A DNA stretch of 64,000 nucleotides, from contig NC_057752.1 in assembly GCF_004010195.1 (NCBI RefSeq), positions 8,754,387 to 8,818,386 on the forward strand. The letters are read 5' to 3'. The DNA is from Chiloscyllium plagiosum (taxonomy: Eukaryota). The position numbers and the translations under genes are program-made. Under the pieces are notes generated by a model. That model ran no database searches. It was given only the letters and a program-made list of their open reading frames with translations, and had not been told where the DNA came from. Of this stretch, positions 1 through 13,994 are shown piece by piece (position 1 is the stretch's first letter; the number at the start of each line of letters is the position of its first letter).

Positions 1-625
1 GCTTCTCCTGGGAGCAGATACGGCGGAGGTGGAGGAATTGGGAATATGGGATGGCATTTTTGCAAGAGGTAGGGTGGGAAGAGGTGTAATCCAGGTAGCT
101 GTGGGAGTCGGTGGGTTTGTAGAAAATGTCAGTGTCAAATCGGTCGTCACTAATGGAGATGAAGAGGTCCAGGATGGGGAGGGAGGTGTCAGAGATGGTC
201 CAGGTAAATTTAAGGTCGGGGTGGAATGTGTTGGTGAAGTTGATGAATTGCTCAATCTCCTCGCGGGAGCACGAGGTGGCGCCAATGCAGTCATCAATGT
301 AGCGGAGGAAGAGGTGGGGAGTGGTGCCGGTGTAATTACGGAAGATCAACTGCTCTACATAGCCAACAAAGAGACAGGCATAGCGGGGGCCCATACGTGT
401 GCCCATGGCTACCCCTTTGGTCTGGAGGAAGTGGGAGGATTCAAAGGAGAAATTGTTAAGGGTGAGGACCAGTTTGGCCAAACGAATGAGTGTGTCGGTG
501 GAAGGGTACTGTTGGGGACGTCTGGAGAGAAAAAAAACGGAGGGCTTGGAGGCCCTGGTCATGGCGGATGGAGGTGTAGAAGAATTGGATATCTATGGTG
601 AAGATGAGGCGTTGGGGGCCGGGAA
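1..625 (-). mobile_element. Penelope-like element reverse transcriptase fragment (young copy, continues past the left window edge)
   Basis: Minus-strand translation over 420-241 gives KGVAMGTRMGPRYACLFVGYVEQLIFRNYTGTTPHLFLRYIDDCIGATSCSREEIEQFI: Penelope-type G-x-A-M-G motif and catalytic YIDD. CpGs are retained. The + ORF 29..601 is its antisense shadow. Confidence 0.85.
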
Positions 626-2050
626 GCTGAACTGGTCCTCACCCTTAACTTCTCCTTCCAATTCTCCCACTTCTTCTAAACCAAAGGGGTAGCCCTGGGC
701 ACCAGCATGCCTGCCTCTACGTCGGGTACATGGAACAGTCCATCTTCCACAGCTACACCGGTACCATCCCCCACCTTTTCCTCTACTACACTGATGAATA
801 TAATCTGCACTACTTGTGCTCCCATGAGGAGGTTGAACAGTTCAATTTTACAAACCTTCCACCCTGACCTGAAATTCACCTGGACCATCTCAGAAACCTC
901 CCTCCCCTTCCTGGACCTCTCCATCCGCGGAACCGTTGAACCATGGACATCTACTACAAACTCACCAGCTCCCACAGCTGCCTGGGCTACACCTCCCACC
1001 CTGCCGCCTGTAAAAATGCCATCTCTTATTCCCAACTCCTAACTCATCTGTTCCCAGGATGAGGAATTCCACCATAGAACATCCCAGATAGCTTCCTTCT
1101 TCAAAGACTGCAATTTCCCCTCATGTGATCGACAATGCCCTCCACTTCCTGCACCTCCGCCCTTAAACCCCACCCCTCCCAACACAACAAGGACAGATCC
1201 CCAAGTCCTCACCTTCCCCCCTCCAACTTCTGTGCATTGCATCATCCTCCGCCATCTACAAAAGCAGACCCCATCACCAAGGCTGTGTTTCCCTCCCCAT
1301 CCCAAAGATGGGGAGAGACAGTTCCCTCCACAACTCTAGTCAGATCCACCCGCTCCCCCACCGGCCCACACCACTCCTGGCACCTTTCCCTGCCACTGCA
1401 GGAAGGGCGAAACCTGTGCCCACACCTCCTCTCTCACCTCCATCCAAGGCCCCCAAAAAGGATCCTTCCACATCCGACAGAAATTTACCTGCACTTCCAG
1501 TGTAATCTACTGTATCCGATGCAGTCTCCTCTACAATTGGGGAGACAGGACGCCTGCTTGCAGATCATTTCAGAGAACATCTCAGGGACACCTGTACAAA
1601 ACAACCCTACTGCCCAGTGGCTGAATACTTCAACTCTCCCCTCCCACTCCACCAGGGACTTGCAGGTCCTGGGCCTCCACCAAACGCTTACCACCCGACG
1701 CCTGTAGGAAGAATGCCTCATATTCCACCTTGGGACCCTGCAGCCACACAGGATCAATGTGGATTTCATCAGTTTCCTCATTTCCCCACCTTATCCAGTC
1801 CCAAGTCTCCAACTCAGCACCGCCCTCTTGACCTGTCCCATCATCTTTCCAGTCTATCCGCTCTCAGACCTATCACCTCCAGCTACCTATTGCATTTTTA
1901 GCTACCCTCCCCCCTAGCCACACCGCCTCCCATTTATCTCAGCCCTCCGACCCACAAGCCTCATTCCTGATGAACGGCTTATGGCAGAAACATTGATTCC
2001 CCTACTCCTCAGATGCTGACTGACTGGCTGTGCTTTTCCAGCACCACACT
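626..2050 (+). mobile_element. Degenerate Penelope-like element (RT, GIY-YIG endonuclease remnant, 3' terminal repeat)
   Basis: Frameshifted RT remnants (ELVLTLN, KGVALGT, TFHPDLKFTWTISETSLPFLDL), GIY-YIG-like remnant near 1500-1780, pyrimidine-rich 3' region, terminal repeat with decayed CTGATGA...GAAAC at 1967-1991. Confidence 0.8.
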
Positions 2051-2124
2051 TAAGGTGTAGATAAATGTATCACTCATTAAACAGTGTTCATTCATTTATG
2101 CTACATGACTGGCTATTTGATTCA

Positions 2125-2254
2125 AAGTTACAAATCACACAACACCAGGTTATAGTCCAACAGGTTTAATTGGAAACACTAGCTTTCAGAGCGTCGCTCC
2201 TTCATCAGGTAGTTGTCCTGATGACCTGATGAAGGAGCGACGCTCCGAAAGCTA
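2125..2254. mobile_element. Penelope-type terminal-repeat fragment containing an inverted pair of hammerhead-like motifs
   Basis: Reverse complement of the terminal sequence seen at 37715-37805. Minus motif 2208-2180 and plus motif 2226-2254 (CTGATGA-A-GGAGC-GAC-GCTCC-GAAA-GC-TA). Confidence 0.7.
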
Positions 2255-4673
2255 AATGAAAGTCAAAAGGTGTTGTTCATCAAGTGCCTGTAGTTGCGAG
2301 GAAGGACAGTCACTATTTACTAGGGAATGTGACTCAAAAAAAAAGCACAATTGAAATACCAATGAGATAGTGAACTGATGTGAAATAACATCCTGGAAGA
2401 TGGACTTAAGAGGACCTCTAACTTAGTCTAATCCTCCCTGTTTCAACATCAAGCTTTGGTCTTCCACCATAACAGCCGTCATGAAATCAATAATTGTTTC
2501 CTCAAAAGTGCTTATAGTGCAACAGCATTGCTGGAAGGACCTTATTCCAACAACAACCCACTTGTATCAGATCAAAGATACGCTCGAAGTTCATTTTTGG
2601 CTTTTTTGTTGTTCCCCCAAGCCATATTGAAACACAAGTAGGCACCTTTTTACTTTGAATGTAACATGAATGTCACTTAAAAATTTGGTTTGTTCAAAGC
2701 AAATTGTGAAACATAGAAAACAGGTGCAGGAGTAGGCTACGCAGCCCTTCAAGCCTGTTCCACCGTTCAATATAATCATGGCTGATCATCCAACTTAGTA
2801 CCCTGTTCCCACATTTCCCCCCTACCCTTCAAATACCTTTTCATCCCTTTAGTTACAAGAAAGTGTTACATATGTACAAATTAAATCTAATAATTATGAA
2901 CAGGGATGTAAAGTTACCATGCCAGTAATATACATGTAGATCATGTCTGTCATGCCATTTCTAATTTAGTCATAGAGCTTGGAGTTGAGTTCTCATTATT
3001 GGTTTTGCATGTACTTATCTGATACATAGGGATAAAACATTCCTCTATATGCCCAAAGTGAACAAACCCAGTCTCATTTTCCAATTAATGAAATCAATGC
3101 AAGGCATGAGAAATTTAAAAATTCATTAAGTAATGATTCATACCACAATAGCATTCAGAAACATATTTCTTACTTTGCAACAGGAGAATTTAGATACTAA
3201 AATGGAGTAGATACTTAGATCACATTTTGCCTGTGATCACCATCTGAGGCTTACAATTAATGAATGTCCATCACACTGAAATCATGTGACAAAAAAGCAC
3301 CAAGGGGAAGCAAGTAACCAGCAGAAAAAGCACACAACCAAATCCCTCAAATGTTTTCAAATCTAACATTTGCACATCAGCAAATACCACAGAACCAAAC
3401 TGGTTAATTTTTTCCCCACCTCTTATCTGCCATTTTTCTTCACTCAGCTAGAAATAACTGAGTGAAGTGCTTTAGAAATATACGCATGCATTTCTAAAAT
3501 AAAGTAATGCCTAGAGCAGAATAATCTGTATTTATCTAAACAGGCAATGGGATCATAGTTCAAAATCTCATCCAAGACAATACCTCTGCCAATAAAACAC
3601 TCAGCTTTGCACTAACACGTGAAAGTGTTCTTAAGCTTTGAAGTGATATTTGAACTACCACAAACTAACTCAGTCAGAAACACAGGTACTCAAAATGAAC
3701 TATGTAGTCACTGTAGTTTTGAACATATTTGGGATTTAGAAGTTCAACAGTTGAAGGAGGAATGTTGAAGGTGCAGAGGAAGATGGGGAGATAGGGGATC
3801 AATGGAGCTAAGCTAGGAAGTTGTCAATAACAAAACATTTTCATTAAATAGATCACAAGTTCCCATTCACTTTCTCCAACAGAGAATTTTATTTTACTTA
3901 AGGGTACTGTTTCCATTTAATATCACTATTGAAACTCTGAACCTATTGGGAAATCTCTTCGAAAAAGCTTATCTGCAAATTGAAAATAATGGGCACGTAG
4001 GAACATTAAAAAGGTCCTTATAATAGCACAAGTGATTTTTAATAAAAACAATGCAATAATTAGCTGAAGTTTGATTCCCATCCTAGTCTCTGAAGTAATG
4101 ATTTTTTTGTATTTCCTAAATCAACTTGGTCCAAGCTGTTATTATATACCTCTGGAGCAGGTGGCAAGCCTCTGGCTCAGAAGTAGGGACATTGCCACTG
4201 TGCTACCAGAGCACCTCATAAGATTAAGAAATAGGAGGTGCAGGTGGCCATGTGGCTTGACCTGATTAGCTGCTCTTGATGACAACTCCATCTCAAGAAG
4301 CATCCTAGTGAATCATTTTTGAACTGCCTTCAAGGTCAGTATGTCTTAAATATGGAGAATAAAACCCTACACAGTACTTCAGGTGCAGCCTCACCAACCT
4401 CCTGAAATTCTGTGACAAGACTTCCTTATTTTTAATCTCTAATCTACTGGCAATAAAGGCCAAAAATCATTTGACTTCTTAATTACTTGCTGCACCTCAT
4501 GGTAACCTTTTCTGTTTCATATACCAGAACACCCAAACCCCTCTGTGCTACACTGTCTCTCCTTTTAAGGAACCAGTCTTTTGATTCTTTCTCCTAAAGT
4601 GAATGACCTCAATTTCCTACATTAAATACCATCGATCAAGTTTTTGCCACTCAACCTGTTTATCCCCTTGCAA

Positions 4674-5438
4674 GTTTTTCCAGACTGGAGGCCTGTGACC
4701 AGTGGAGTGCCACAAGGATCGGTGCTGGGTCCACTACTTTTTGTCATTTATATAAAATGACTTGGATGTGAGCATAAGAGGTATAGTTAGTAAGTTTGCA
4801 GATAACACTAAAATTGGAGGTGTAGTGGACAGCGAAGAAGGTTACCCAGGAGTTGGGAGGTCATGTTGCGGCTGTATAGGACATTGGTTAGGCCACTGTT
4901 AGAATATTGCGTGCAACTCTGGTCTTCTTCCTATCAGAAAGATGTTGAGAAACTTGCAAGGGTTCAGAAAAGATTTACAAGGATGTTGCCAGGGTTGGAG
5001 GATTTGAGCTATAGGGAGAGGTTGAATAGGCTGGGGCTATTTTCGCTGGAGCATCGGAGGCTGAGGGGTGACCTTGTAGAGGTTTATAAAATCATGGGGG
5101 GCATGGATAGGATAAATAGACAGAAGTCTTTTCCCTGGGGTGGGGGAGTCAAGAACTGGAGGGCATAGGTTTAGTGTGAGAGGGGAAAGATATAAAAGAG
5201 ACCTAAGGGGCAACCTTTTCACGCAGAGGGTGGTATGTGTATGGAATGAGCTGCCAGTGGAGGCTGATACAATTGCAACATTTAAAAGGCCTGTCTGGAT
5301 GGGTATATGAAAAGGAAGGGTTTGGAGGGATATGGGCCAGGTGCCGGCAGGTGGGACCAGATTGGGTTGGGATATCTGGTTAGCGTGGACAAGTTGGACC
5401 CATGGGTCTGTTTCCATGCTGTTCATCTCTGACTCTAC
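4674..5438 (+). mobile_element. CR1 LINE 3' fragment with internal deletion
   Basis: [11 protein letters not shown] and KFAD motifs; ORF 4863..5168 LYRTLVRPLLEYCVQLWS...RLRGDL; conserved 3' UTR ending in gactcta tail. Confidence 0.93.
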
Positions 5439-5519
5439 ATTCCTTATGTTCTCATAACATTCCCTTCAACCCATTTTTGTACAGTCAGCACGTGTGTATA
5501 CACTACATTCTGCCCCTTC

Positions 5520-7100
5520 TTCAAAGTCATCAGTATGAATAATAAATAGGACTGGTGATAGTGAATGGTTTCCCTAGATCTTTTGCTGCTTCTGGCTGTG
5601 TCTGTGCCCAGGTGAGGATTTAGAAGGGGTTAGACGTTTAGCTAATAGAGTTGATTTTTGTTGACAGTTCAAAGTTGTTCACCTGTGGCAAAGATCTTTT
5701 TACTTATAATAATTGATGATCTGGTCAGTGTTCTCGGTTAACTGACATCTGATAGGCAAATTGGGGACTTTACATACTTTGATCAAAAGTATTTTTGTAA
5801 TGTCTTCAGGAATAACAGGGCTTGATTTCCTAGTGAGGTGTAACAATATTCAAATTTGAATGATTTGTTCTAGCTAGGAACAAATATGGGATTTTAAAAA
5901 GTTTGAATTCTTTTGAGTATAGCTCCTTCAATACAGTTGCAAACAATCCACAGTTTAACATCAGGTCACTCAAGATTTTAATTCAGGTACAACCTCTACT
6001 GCATGGTAAAAGTTTAATAGTTGTTACTATGCATCATGAAAAATTGTCTTATCAAATTGCCTGTATGGTTTCAGTCTCAACAGCTCATTGATGCAGGGTT
6101 GGTGAGAAATGGAAAAACCAATGAATATTGGAGGAGCTCAAATAATCTTGGATCAAGCAGCGGTCAGTGAAATTCCCAACAACCCCCATGTCTTATTTCT
6201 TGACGAGCCTACAATGATACCAATAAACAAACATTCTTCACATAAAAAAGCATCCGTACAGACTTTGTATTGGCAGTTTATGCCTACCACTGGCAGCATT
6301 AAAATCAGGCTTAAAGCTCCCCCTATAGAGGGGGGATTTATTGCATTTATACAGTGCTTTTCACAAAGTGAAGTTAGTCCACAACACTTTACAACCTATT
6401 GTGATGGAAGGTATGTAATGTATTCCATTTTTGAAATGCAGATTGTTTCAAACTAAGGCAGATGGATGTGGGTTGGTGCTGTGAAGGTCCAATTTTTTTT
6501 TAAAACAAGTAGTAATTCTGAAGGTAACCTAAATGCATCAGTTCCAAGAAAACATGGCTACAGTCAAGTACCTGGCAAACCCCATGCAGTGTTAATGGAG
6601 AGGATGTTTATTATTTGTTTGCCTATCAATACTAAGTCATTAGTTTAGCTTTGATTACTCAACTAAACAATGTTCAGTTCTGAACAGAAGTTTCTCTGCA
6701 AGCAAGTGAACTAATCACTGTGGTAGTCCTGTTTTTTAGTTTGGAAGATTCACAAACCAAAAAATTTTGGGATAGACATTGAATTGAAAAGGCTTAGGCC
6801 ATTAAAATTGGGAAAGATTTATGCCATCAAATTCTGAAAGGAGTCAAAATATCACAATTCAAAAAAAATAAACTGGACGGAGACAGTTAAGTATACTCTT
6901 GACTCTTAGGTTTATAACTTCTCTGGACAGGAGTCTAACAGATCATGCTGGTAAAGATGAAACTTGCATTATGATCTTTCTAACAAGTCTATATTTCTCA
7001 CTTGTTTTTTCATTTGTATAATTAAAAACCTGAAGTTTAACAACATCTGCAAACTCATGTGAATATATTTCAGTGGCTAACCACCCCAAGTAACCAACTG
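5520..7100 (-). mobile_element. Possible ancient L1/Tx1-like ORF2 remnant
   Basis: AT-rich, stop-riddled minus strand with QKYF..., FAYQ and G....KIN patches near 5790-5650 that resemble the L1 EN-RT linker. Weak, by-eye similarity only. Confidence 0.3.
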
Positions 7101-7196
7101 CCAAAAATTAAAATATGGCTCATCAACAGGTTTTATTCTGGACTCATTCTGTAGTATGATGTGACTGGGATTATAATACAATTTTTTTTGAAGTGC

Positions 7197-8465
7197 AGTG
7201 GGACTGATTAGGGACAGTCAGCATGGCTTTGTACATGGGAAATCATGTCTCACGAACTTGATTGAGTTTTTTGTAGTAAAAAAGAGGATTGATGAGAGCA
7301 GGGCCGTGGACGTGATCGATATGGACTTAAGGTGTTTGACAAGGTTTCCCCATTGGACACTGGTTAGCAAGGTTAGATCTCATGGAATACAGGGAGAACT
7401 GTATCCATTTGGATATAGAACTGGCTCAAAGGTAGAAGACAGAGAATGGTGATGGTGGAAGGATGCTTTACAGACTGGAGGCCTGTGACCATCGGAGTGC
7501 CACAAGGATCGGCTCCACTACCTTTCAACATTTATAAGTGATTTAGATGTGAACACAGGATGTAAAGTTAATAAGTTTGCAGATGACACCAAAATTGGAG
7601 TTGTACTGGACAGCGACGAAGGTTACCTCAGTACAAGGGGGTCTCATCAGATAGGCCAATGGGCTGAGGAGTGGCAGATTGAGTTTAATTTCAGATAAAT
7701 GAGAGGTGCTGCATTTTGGGAAAGCAAATCGTAACAAGACTTATACACTTAATGGTAAGGTCCTAGGGAGTGTTGCTGAACAAAGAGACCTTGGAGTGCA
7801 GGTTCATAGCTCCTTGAAAGTGGAGTCACAGGTAGACAGGATAGTGAAGGCAACGTTTGGCATGCTTTCCTTTATTGGTCAGAGTATTGAGTACAGGAGT
7901 TGGGAGGTCATGTTGTGGCTGTACAGGACATTGGTTTGGCCACTGTTGGAATACTGCATGCAATTCTGATGTTGTGAAACTTGAAAGGGTTCAGAAAAGA
8001 TTTACAAGGACGTTGCCAGGGTTGGAGGATTTGAGCTACAGGGAGAGGCTGAGCAGGCTGGGGCTGTTGTCCCTGGAGCCAAGGCTGAGGGGTGACCATA
8101 TAGAGGTTTATAAAATCATGAGGGGCATGGATAGGGTAAATAAACAAAGTCTTTTCCCTGGGGTGGGCGAGTCCAGAACTAGAGGGCATAGGTTTAGGGA
8201 GAGAGGGGAAAGATATAAAAAGGGACTTAAGGGACAACTTTTTCACGTAGAGGGTGGTGCATGTATGGAATGAGTTGCCAGAGGAAGTGGTGGAGGCTAA
8301 TACAATAACAACATTTAAAAGGCATCTGGATGGGCATATGAATAGGAAAGGTTTCGAGGGATATGGGCCAAGTGCTGGCAACAGGACTAAATTAGGTTAG
8401 GATATCTGGTCGGCATGGACAGGTTGGACCAAAGGGTCTGTTTCCAAGCTGTACTTTGAGGACTC
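7197..8465 (+). mobile_element. CR1 LINE, 5'-truncated
   Basis: SQHGFVHGKSCLTNLIEFF, KFADD, LYRTLVWPLLEYCMQF; shared CR1 3' UTR. Confidence 0.94.
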
Positions 8466-10789
8466 GAAATGCAGTAGCCAATTTATGTATAGTCATGCTC
8501 CACAAACAGTAATAGAATCATAACCAAATCAGTTTAGTGACATTGTTTGAGGGACAACTATTTATCAAGAAGCCAAGAAGAATCCCCATTATTTTCTTTG
8601 AGGACCACGGGCTCTTTCTGTATCTAGATATCGATGCATGTGTCACCCAGTAGTGTAGAGTCATAATGAGAAAGAAACCCAGTGTTACAATTGTGCTCTG
8701 CAGAGGTTGGTTTAGGGTGGTTGGTGGAGGAGGAGGAAAAAACCCTCAATCAGCAATGCTGTTCCAAATTGGTATTCAGTGATATCTTGCAGGATAGTGC
8801 ATATACATGGATGTTACCAGAGGACAGTCAAGCTCAGCTGTGAGGATCTCCCCTTTTTGGGTTGCCTGCCACCACTCACTATGCGTTCTCTTGCTGGATT
8901 GCAGCAGGAATGCTGGAAAACTTGACAGAGGGAAAAGCCAGTCTCGCGGTCTGCTTTACACTTGATCTGACTTTGTTTTCCATGGACTTCAAAATGTCAA
9001 ACAGGTTTCCAATTTTCTATTGTCCAATGTGTGGTGCCCAAGAGGAATTACCAACCCATTACCTAGAGTATGGAAAGAGAAAAGCTTCAATGAGCTAGGA
9101 GTGACGCTGAAAGGAGCAGAGGGGAACATTGAAGAGAGGTGGTGTGTTGAAGTGACTCAAAACCCAAAATTGAAGAAAACTTCCCAGCATGAGGAAATAT
9201 AATGTAGGAGTGGCTTCATTTTAATAATCTAGCTAAAATTCACAGGTGTCAAAAACGTTACTTCACAAGATGACCCAGCATTCCTGTCAAACAGTCCCAC
9301 ACATTGAATATTCACTGTTCAATTAACTTTAAAAGCCACTGAGGCTTTGATCATAGTTTGCATGATTAAGCCTTTTATTGCATAACAACGTTATAACACT
9401 GTCCATGGCAAACTTTACAGTATGTCAATAGTTTAATGGCATGCAATCAGTAATTCTTACTTCATTTTTCCTTCAAGATTTATTAGAAGTTACCAATTCC
9501 CTCATTCTGCTGTTAAATTCTTCACCTTGGCTGGAAAACTGCACTCAGTCAGCTGGAGGGAGAGGGGATCTGACTACCCTAGGAATCTCCAATTTTCAAT
9601 CTGATCTCAGTCACAGTGTATTATCCTTTGGGTAGCACAGTTCCTCTTCATGCCCATGAAGTGTTAAAGAGATAAGTTACATCATGGCACCTACTTCCAT
9701 TGTCCATAAAAAGAAATGGGAAGAGTTTTAGTTTTCAATACAGATCCAGTCATCTCTGCTGGCTTTCATGGAAGTTGAAGTAAAGCGATGACAAAACACT
9801 TGCATTTTAAAATAGCAGGACAATAAGTCAGCAGGCATATCAATTTGTGATGTTATTTATCAATGTTAAGGAATTGAGGAGGAGTTGTAGTTAAGACTCA
9901 GTTTAAGTGTACAAGACAGTTATTTTAATTGCAAGGCATATTTTTCCTCTCTCCCCTCATAGGGGAGCATAGATCCATGGACAACAGCAGTGCTCCAATA
10001 CTTCACATCTCAACAGGGTACTGTATCAACACAGCTAAGCCTGGTTAAACATGAGCTATGGTCAGATTCCAATCCAAATATTGCACAGTTTTGGGCACTA
10101 CATCTTTGTAAAGTTATATTTGCTTTGGTGTGGGTGGGGGTGCAGTGCAGATTCATCAGAATAATACCACGGTTAAAGTGTTCGGTTATGGAACAAGTGG
10201 TATAAATTTGTGGTGTTGCACTGTCCAGAGCACAGAAAATTGAGAAGTGTTCTAATAGGTTTTTATGATAAAGGATACAGATAGTACATAGAGAGAAAAA
10301 TCTCTCTCCACAGAGTAAACATAGGATATAATCTTAATAAGCGTGAAGCCAAACCACAGTGAAAGCAGGAAACTTGTACACAGGATCATGGAAATCTGAA
10401 ATGCTCCCTTAAAGGCTTTAATGAAAGGGTTCAATTAGATTTTAAGACTGCAATTGATTGATGCACTTAGAATAAAAATCTAAGGCAAGGAAACAGGGTT
10501 AAGATACAGCTCAGCATGATTGAATGGAATCGCAAAACAGGCTCAAGGGTTGAAAGGTCTTCTCTTGTGTTCCTCATTTTATTTTACGTTTTGAAAAAAA
10601 AAAGCACATGTAAGAATCTGACCTGAACACCGTTTACAGCAAATGGTGGGACCAAAGAACAATCACATCACAAAGCCAGAAGGTTTCAGCAAATGAACCA
10701 TGACGTTATGGAAGTGGGAATAGGCAATCTTGTGATGAAGCAGATAGGGAGATGCATGTTCAGTACTGGGCAGAGAGATTCATTATGAA

Positions 10790-11180
10790 GCAAGGTTGAG
10801 GTAGTTAGGGCTTTTCTCACTGGAGCAAAGGAGGATGAGAGGTGACTTGATAGAGTATAAGATGATGAGAGGTATAGTTAGAGTGGATAGCCAGAGACTT
10901 TTTCTGAGGCAAAAGTGGCTATCATGACGGGGCATAATTTTAAAGGTGATTGGAGGAAGGTTTGGGGAGATGTCAGAGGTCAGTTCTTTACACAGTGATG
11001 GGTGCGTGGAGTGGTAGCAGAGTCAGAGACATTAAGGACATTTAAGCGACTCTTGCGTAGGCACATAGATGGTAGTGAAATGAAGGGTATGTAGGTTAGT
11101 TTGATCTCAGGAGTAAGCTCAAAGGTTGGCACAACATCAAAGGCCAAAGGACCTGTACTGTGCTGTACGGTTTTATGCAC
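10790..11180 (+). mobile_element. CR1 LINE 3' end (second subfamily)
   Basis: LGLFSLEQRRMRGDLIE-like remnant followed by a CR1 3' UTR (ggacctgtactgtgctgtac). Confidence 0.8.
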
Positions 11181-13994
11181 TAAAACAGGAACATAACAGA
11201 TGTGCATACAATCTACATATAAAATCAAGAAACTCGAGCAAAGGCAGTACATGCTAAATGACAATGGATTTTGATGTTTGGGATTTTTAAAAATAAAAAC
11301 TGAAATCTATTTGATACCATTTAAGTTTTTCAATTCTCAAAAGGCACAACACTGAAAAGGGTACTGTGGGAGTAAACAGAAAGGGTAAATAAACAGATCT
11401 AGTCCAATGGAAACAACTTAAGTGGGGATCATTTGTGTTTACTATTTCTGATGAACTATAAAGAGGAATACAGAATCTTGCTAAATAAAAATTTTGTCCC
11501 CAATTCTGCATCTGAGATTATAGAATTCAATGTGGAAAGATCATGTCAGGCAATATCATTAATCTGCTGAGGCTTTGTTCTTGTGCTTACCTGAACCCCT
11601 CAATGTTACTGCCTTTTAAAAACACTCCAGACTATGTTTCCTTCTTTGTAACAATATTGTGAACCATTGTTTGCATTGCATTGAGCGTCGTGGGGGTGCC
11701 TATTAAGAGGGTGCCGCTGTGCTACGCAGTGCAGCCACTAGCCAGAACATGTGGCAGAAAGCCTCCAACAGCTGAATGTCATCTCACCACAAGAATTTGA
11801 GAATCTTAAAGACATTGCTATTTTCTGACTTGAGGTGCTAATTGTTAAACTTTTGAATTAAGAAATTACTTACCAAAACTACTTTTATGCAAAAATAAAA
11901 TTCAGGACACATTTGGTATTTCATAACATAGGGGAGACAAACATTATGGACTCAGTGTAGGTCTTTCCCTCTTGCACTTAAACATGCATGATCTGGGCAA
12001 ATTAAGCAGAGAGGAGGAGAAGTTTGATGGGGAGTAAAAGGATCAAACAAAATCCATACAATTTCCTACTGTTTATTTCAGGGAAGTGAAAGGTGCCCAT
12101 TTCACCAGTGGTGCACGCATGTTTAAATTGTAACATTAAGTCTCTTGAGGCCACACAAGATCCTTTTGTTTGTAGGAGAAATAGTGATCATACAAAAATG
12201 ATAGAGTCCTCAGAGCAACAGACTGGAATCTAAGATGGTCAAATTAGGATCTAACTTGACCTGAACGGTGAAGAAGCATTCAGATTGCCGAACAATCATT
12301 GAGGTTGACTTGCTGAACTTAAAGATGTTGAATGCCTGTCGGCATCTGCAGGTGACAAATAATCCTATTTTAAACACCTGGAGTACTTTCTCCATTGTCT
12401 CACACAATGAATTACTTCACAAATGGAATACAACTCACAAACAGACCTTGGTTAGTGTCTGCCTGCCACAAGCAATATCTGTTGGTGCTAGCTCATCCTA
12501 AATTCTCTTCCTGTCCACATAGGAAATACCTAGTTTCCAGATAGTCTAGATTAAAATGAGCTCAACATAAGGCACAGAACATATGGTGTGAACTCAAACT
12601 ATTGTTTCCCCAAACTGAATGCAGATTTGAGTGAGTTTATTTTGTCTGGGCATTTAGAATATCTGCACTATTCTTTGAGTGTAAAAGGGTATGCATGATG
12701 AAAAGACAAATATTCCATGATGTTCTTCAATGATGAGTTGGAAGTTCCATAAATCAACATTTTGCACTCAACTACCACCAAGAAAGAGAAATAAACCAGA
12801 TATTGATTTCACTGCTATTTGAAATATTAGGTATTGAGCAGAGTGGTTGCCACAAGTGCTTGCATAATCACAACTGACAACGCACTTCAATCAATGAGAA
12901 ATGGCCTGGGACCCCTGGAGTTATGCAGCAAGCCACTGTGGGATACGTAATTAAGTTGGCTAGATTCAACAATATTTAGAAGCCGATGTCTACAGTGCTA
13001 GTTCTGCCATCTGAGGTCTTGAAATTTAATCGGAGTTCGTGTTCGGTCTTAGCCTACCCATGGATTTGGTCATTAATATAGAATATTTGGTCATAATTTA
13101 AGCTATTTAACATACACATCAAAAAGTCAAAAGTTTAAAATAGGACTTTGAAATATTTACACTAGTTATTGTTAGGTGATTATTATAAGTACTTGCCTAT
13201 TCATAATGGCTAAGTAGTAGTTTGGGAGCACTTTGCATGCCTATTTTCTTCTAAGAAATTGTGTACTGACCTGATCCATTAGAAGAGGAATGTATCGTAA
13301 TAATCATTACAGTGGTACTATTACCTTCCAAGCAGCCTTAAGGTTGGAAAGAGAGGTTTAAAATCGGAAAATCAACCCAAAAAAGGCGGTGAATGCTGGG
13401 ACAATTGAAGATTAAAGTCTAAGATCAATATATTTTTGATGACTACCCCTCAGGAGAAATAATTGGTCAGGTGAACACTTCAGCCCAGAGAGACATCAAT
13501 GAACAACTTAGAGGACATATTAGGAGTGACAACGACAAATCAATACATCAAAAAGCTAGATACAAGGAGGCAAAAATTCTAGAATCACTGCAACATCCAG
13601 CTGGTTCTTAAATGAGGAGCTTTAATATATTCCTGCGTAGAAAAGAGATGGGCTGAATGACCTTTTTGCTTTTTGTAAAAAGTGGCCTGCACTCATTGTC
13701 AGAGCTTACATACCAAAAATAGTGTCATTTAAGTAAACTACTGGAACAGAGACTGTACCCAGACTATGAACTCACCCGTTTTGGTGGTGGATGTGTAGAA
13801 GGGGTGGCACAAACTCAATGGAATGAGAGAGGAGATTTAAAGCCTGTGATCAAATCTCAGGATTGTTCCAACTGCTCAAGATTGAGCGCTTCGCCTGATC
13901 CTTCAATTTTAGTTCTGCCTTAAAGCTCATTTCCAGCCATCTGCTACTCTTAATGAAATATAAAGAATTTAAGTTCTAACTATACACTGGTAGT

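Noticed and set aside
29..601. 190-aa plus-strand ORF
   Set aside because: Antisense shadow of the Penelope RT frame.
6109..6456. ORF containing PHVLFLDEPT, resembling an ABC-transporter Walker B motif
   Set aside because: No Walker A or LSGG signature and no convincing exon context; it lies in a decayed AT-rich segment that looks like an opposite-strand LINE remnant. Probably chance.
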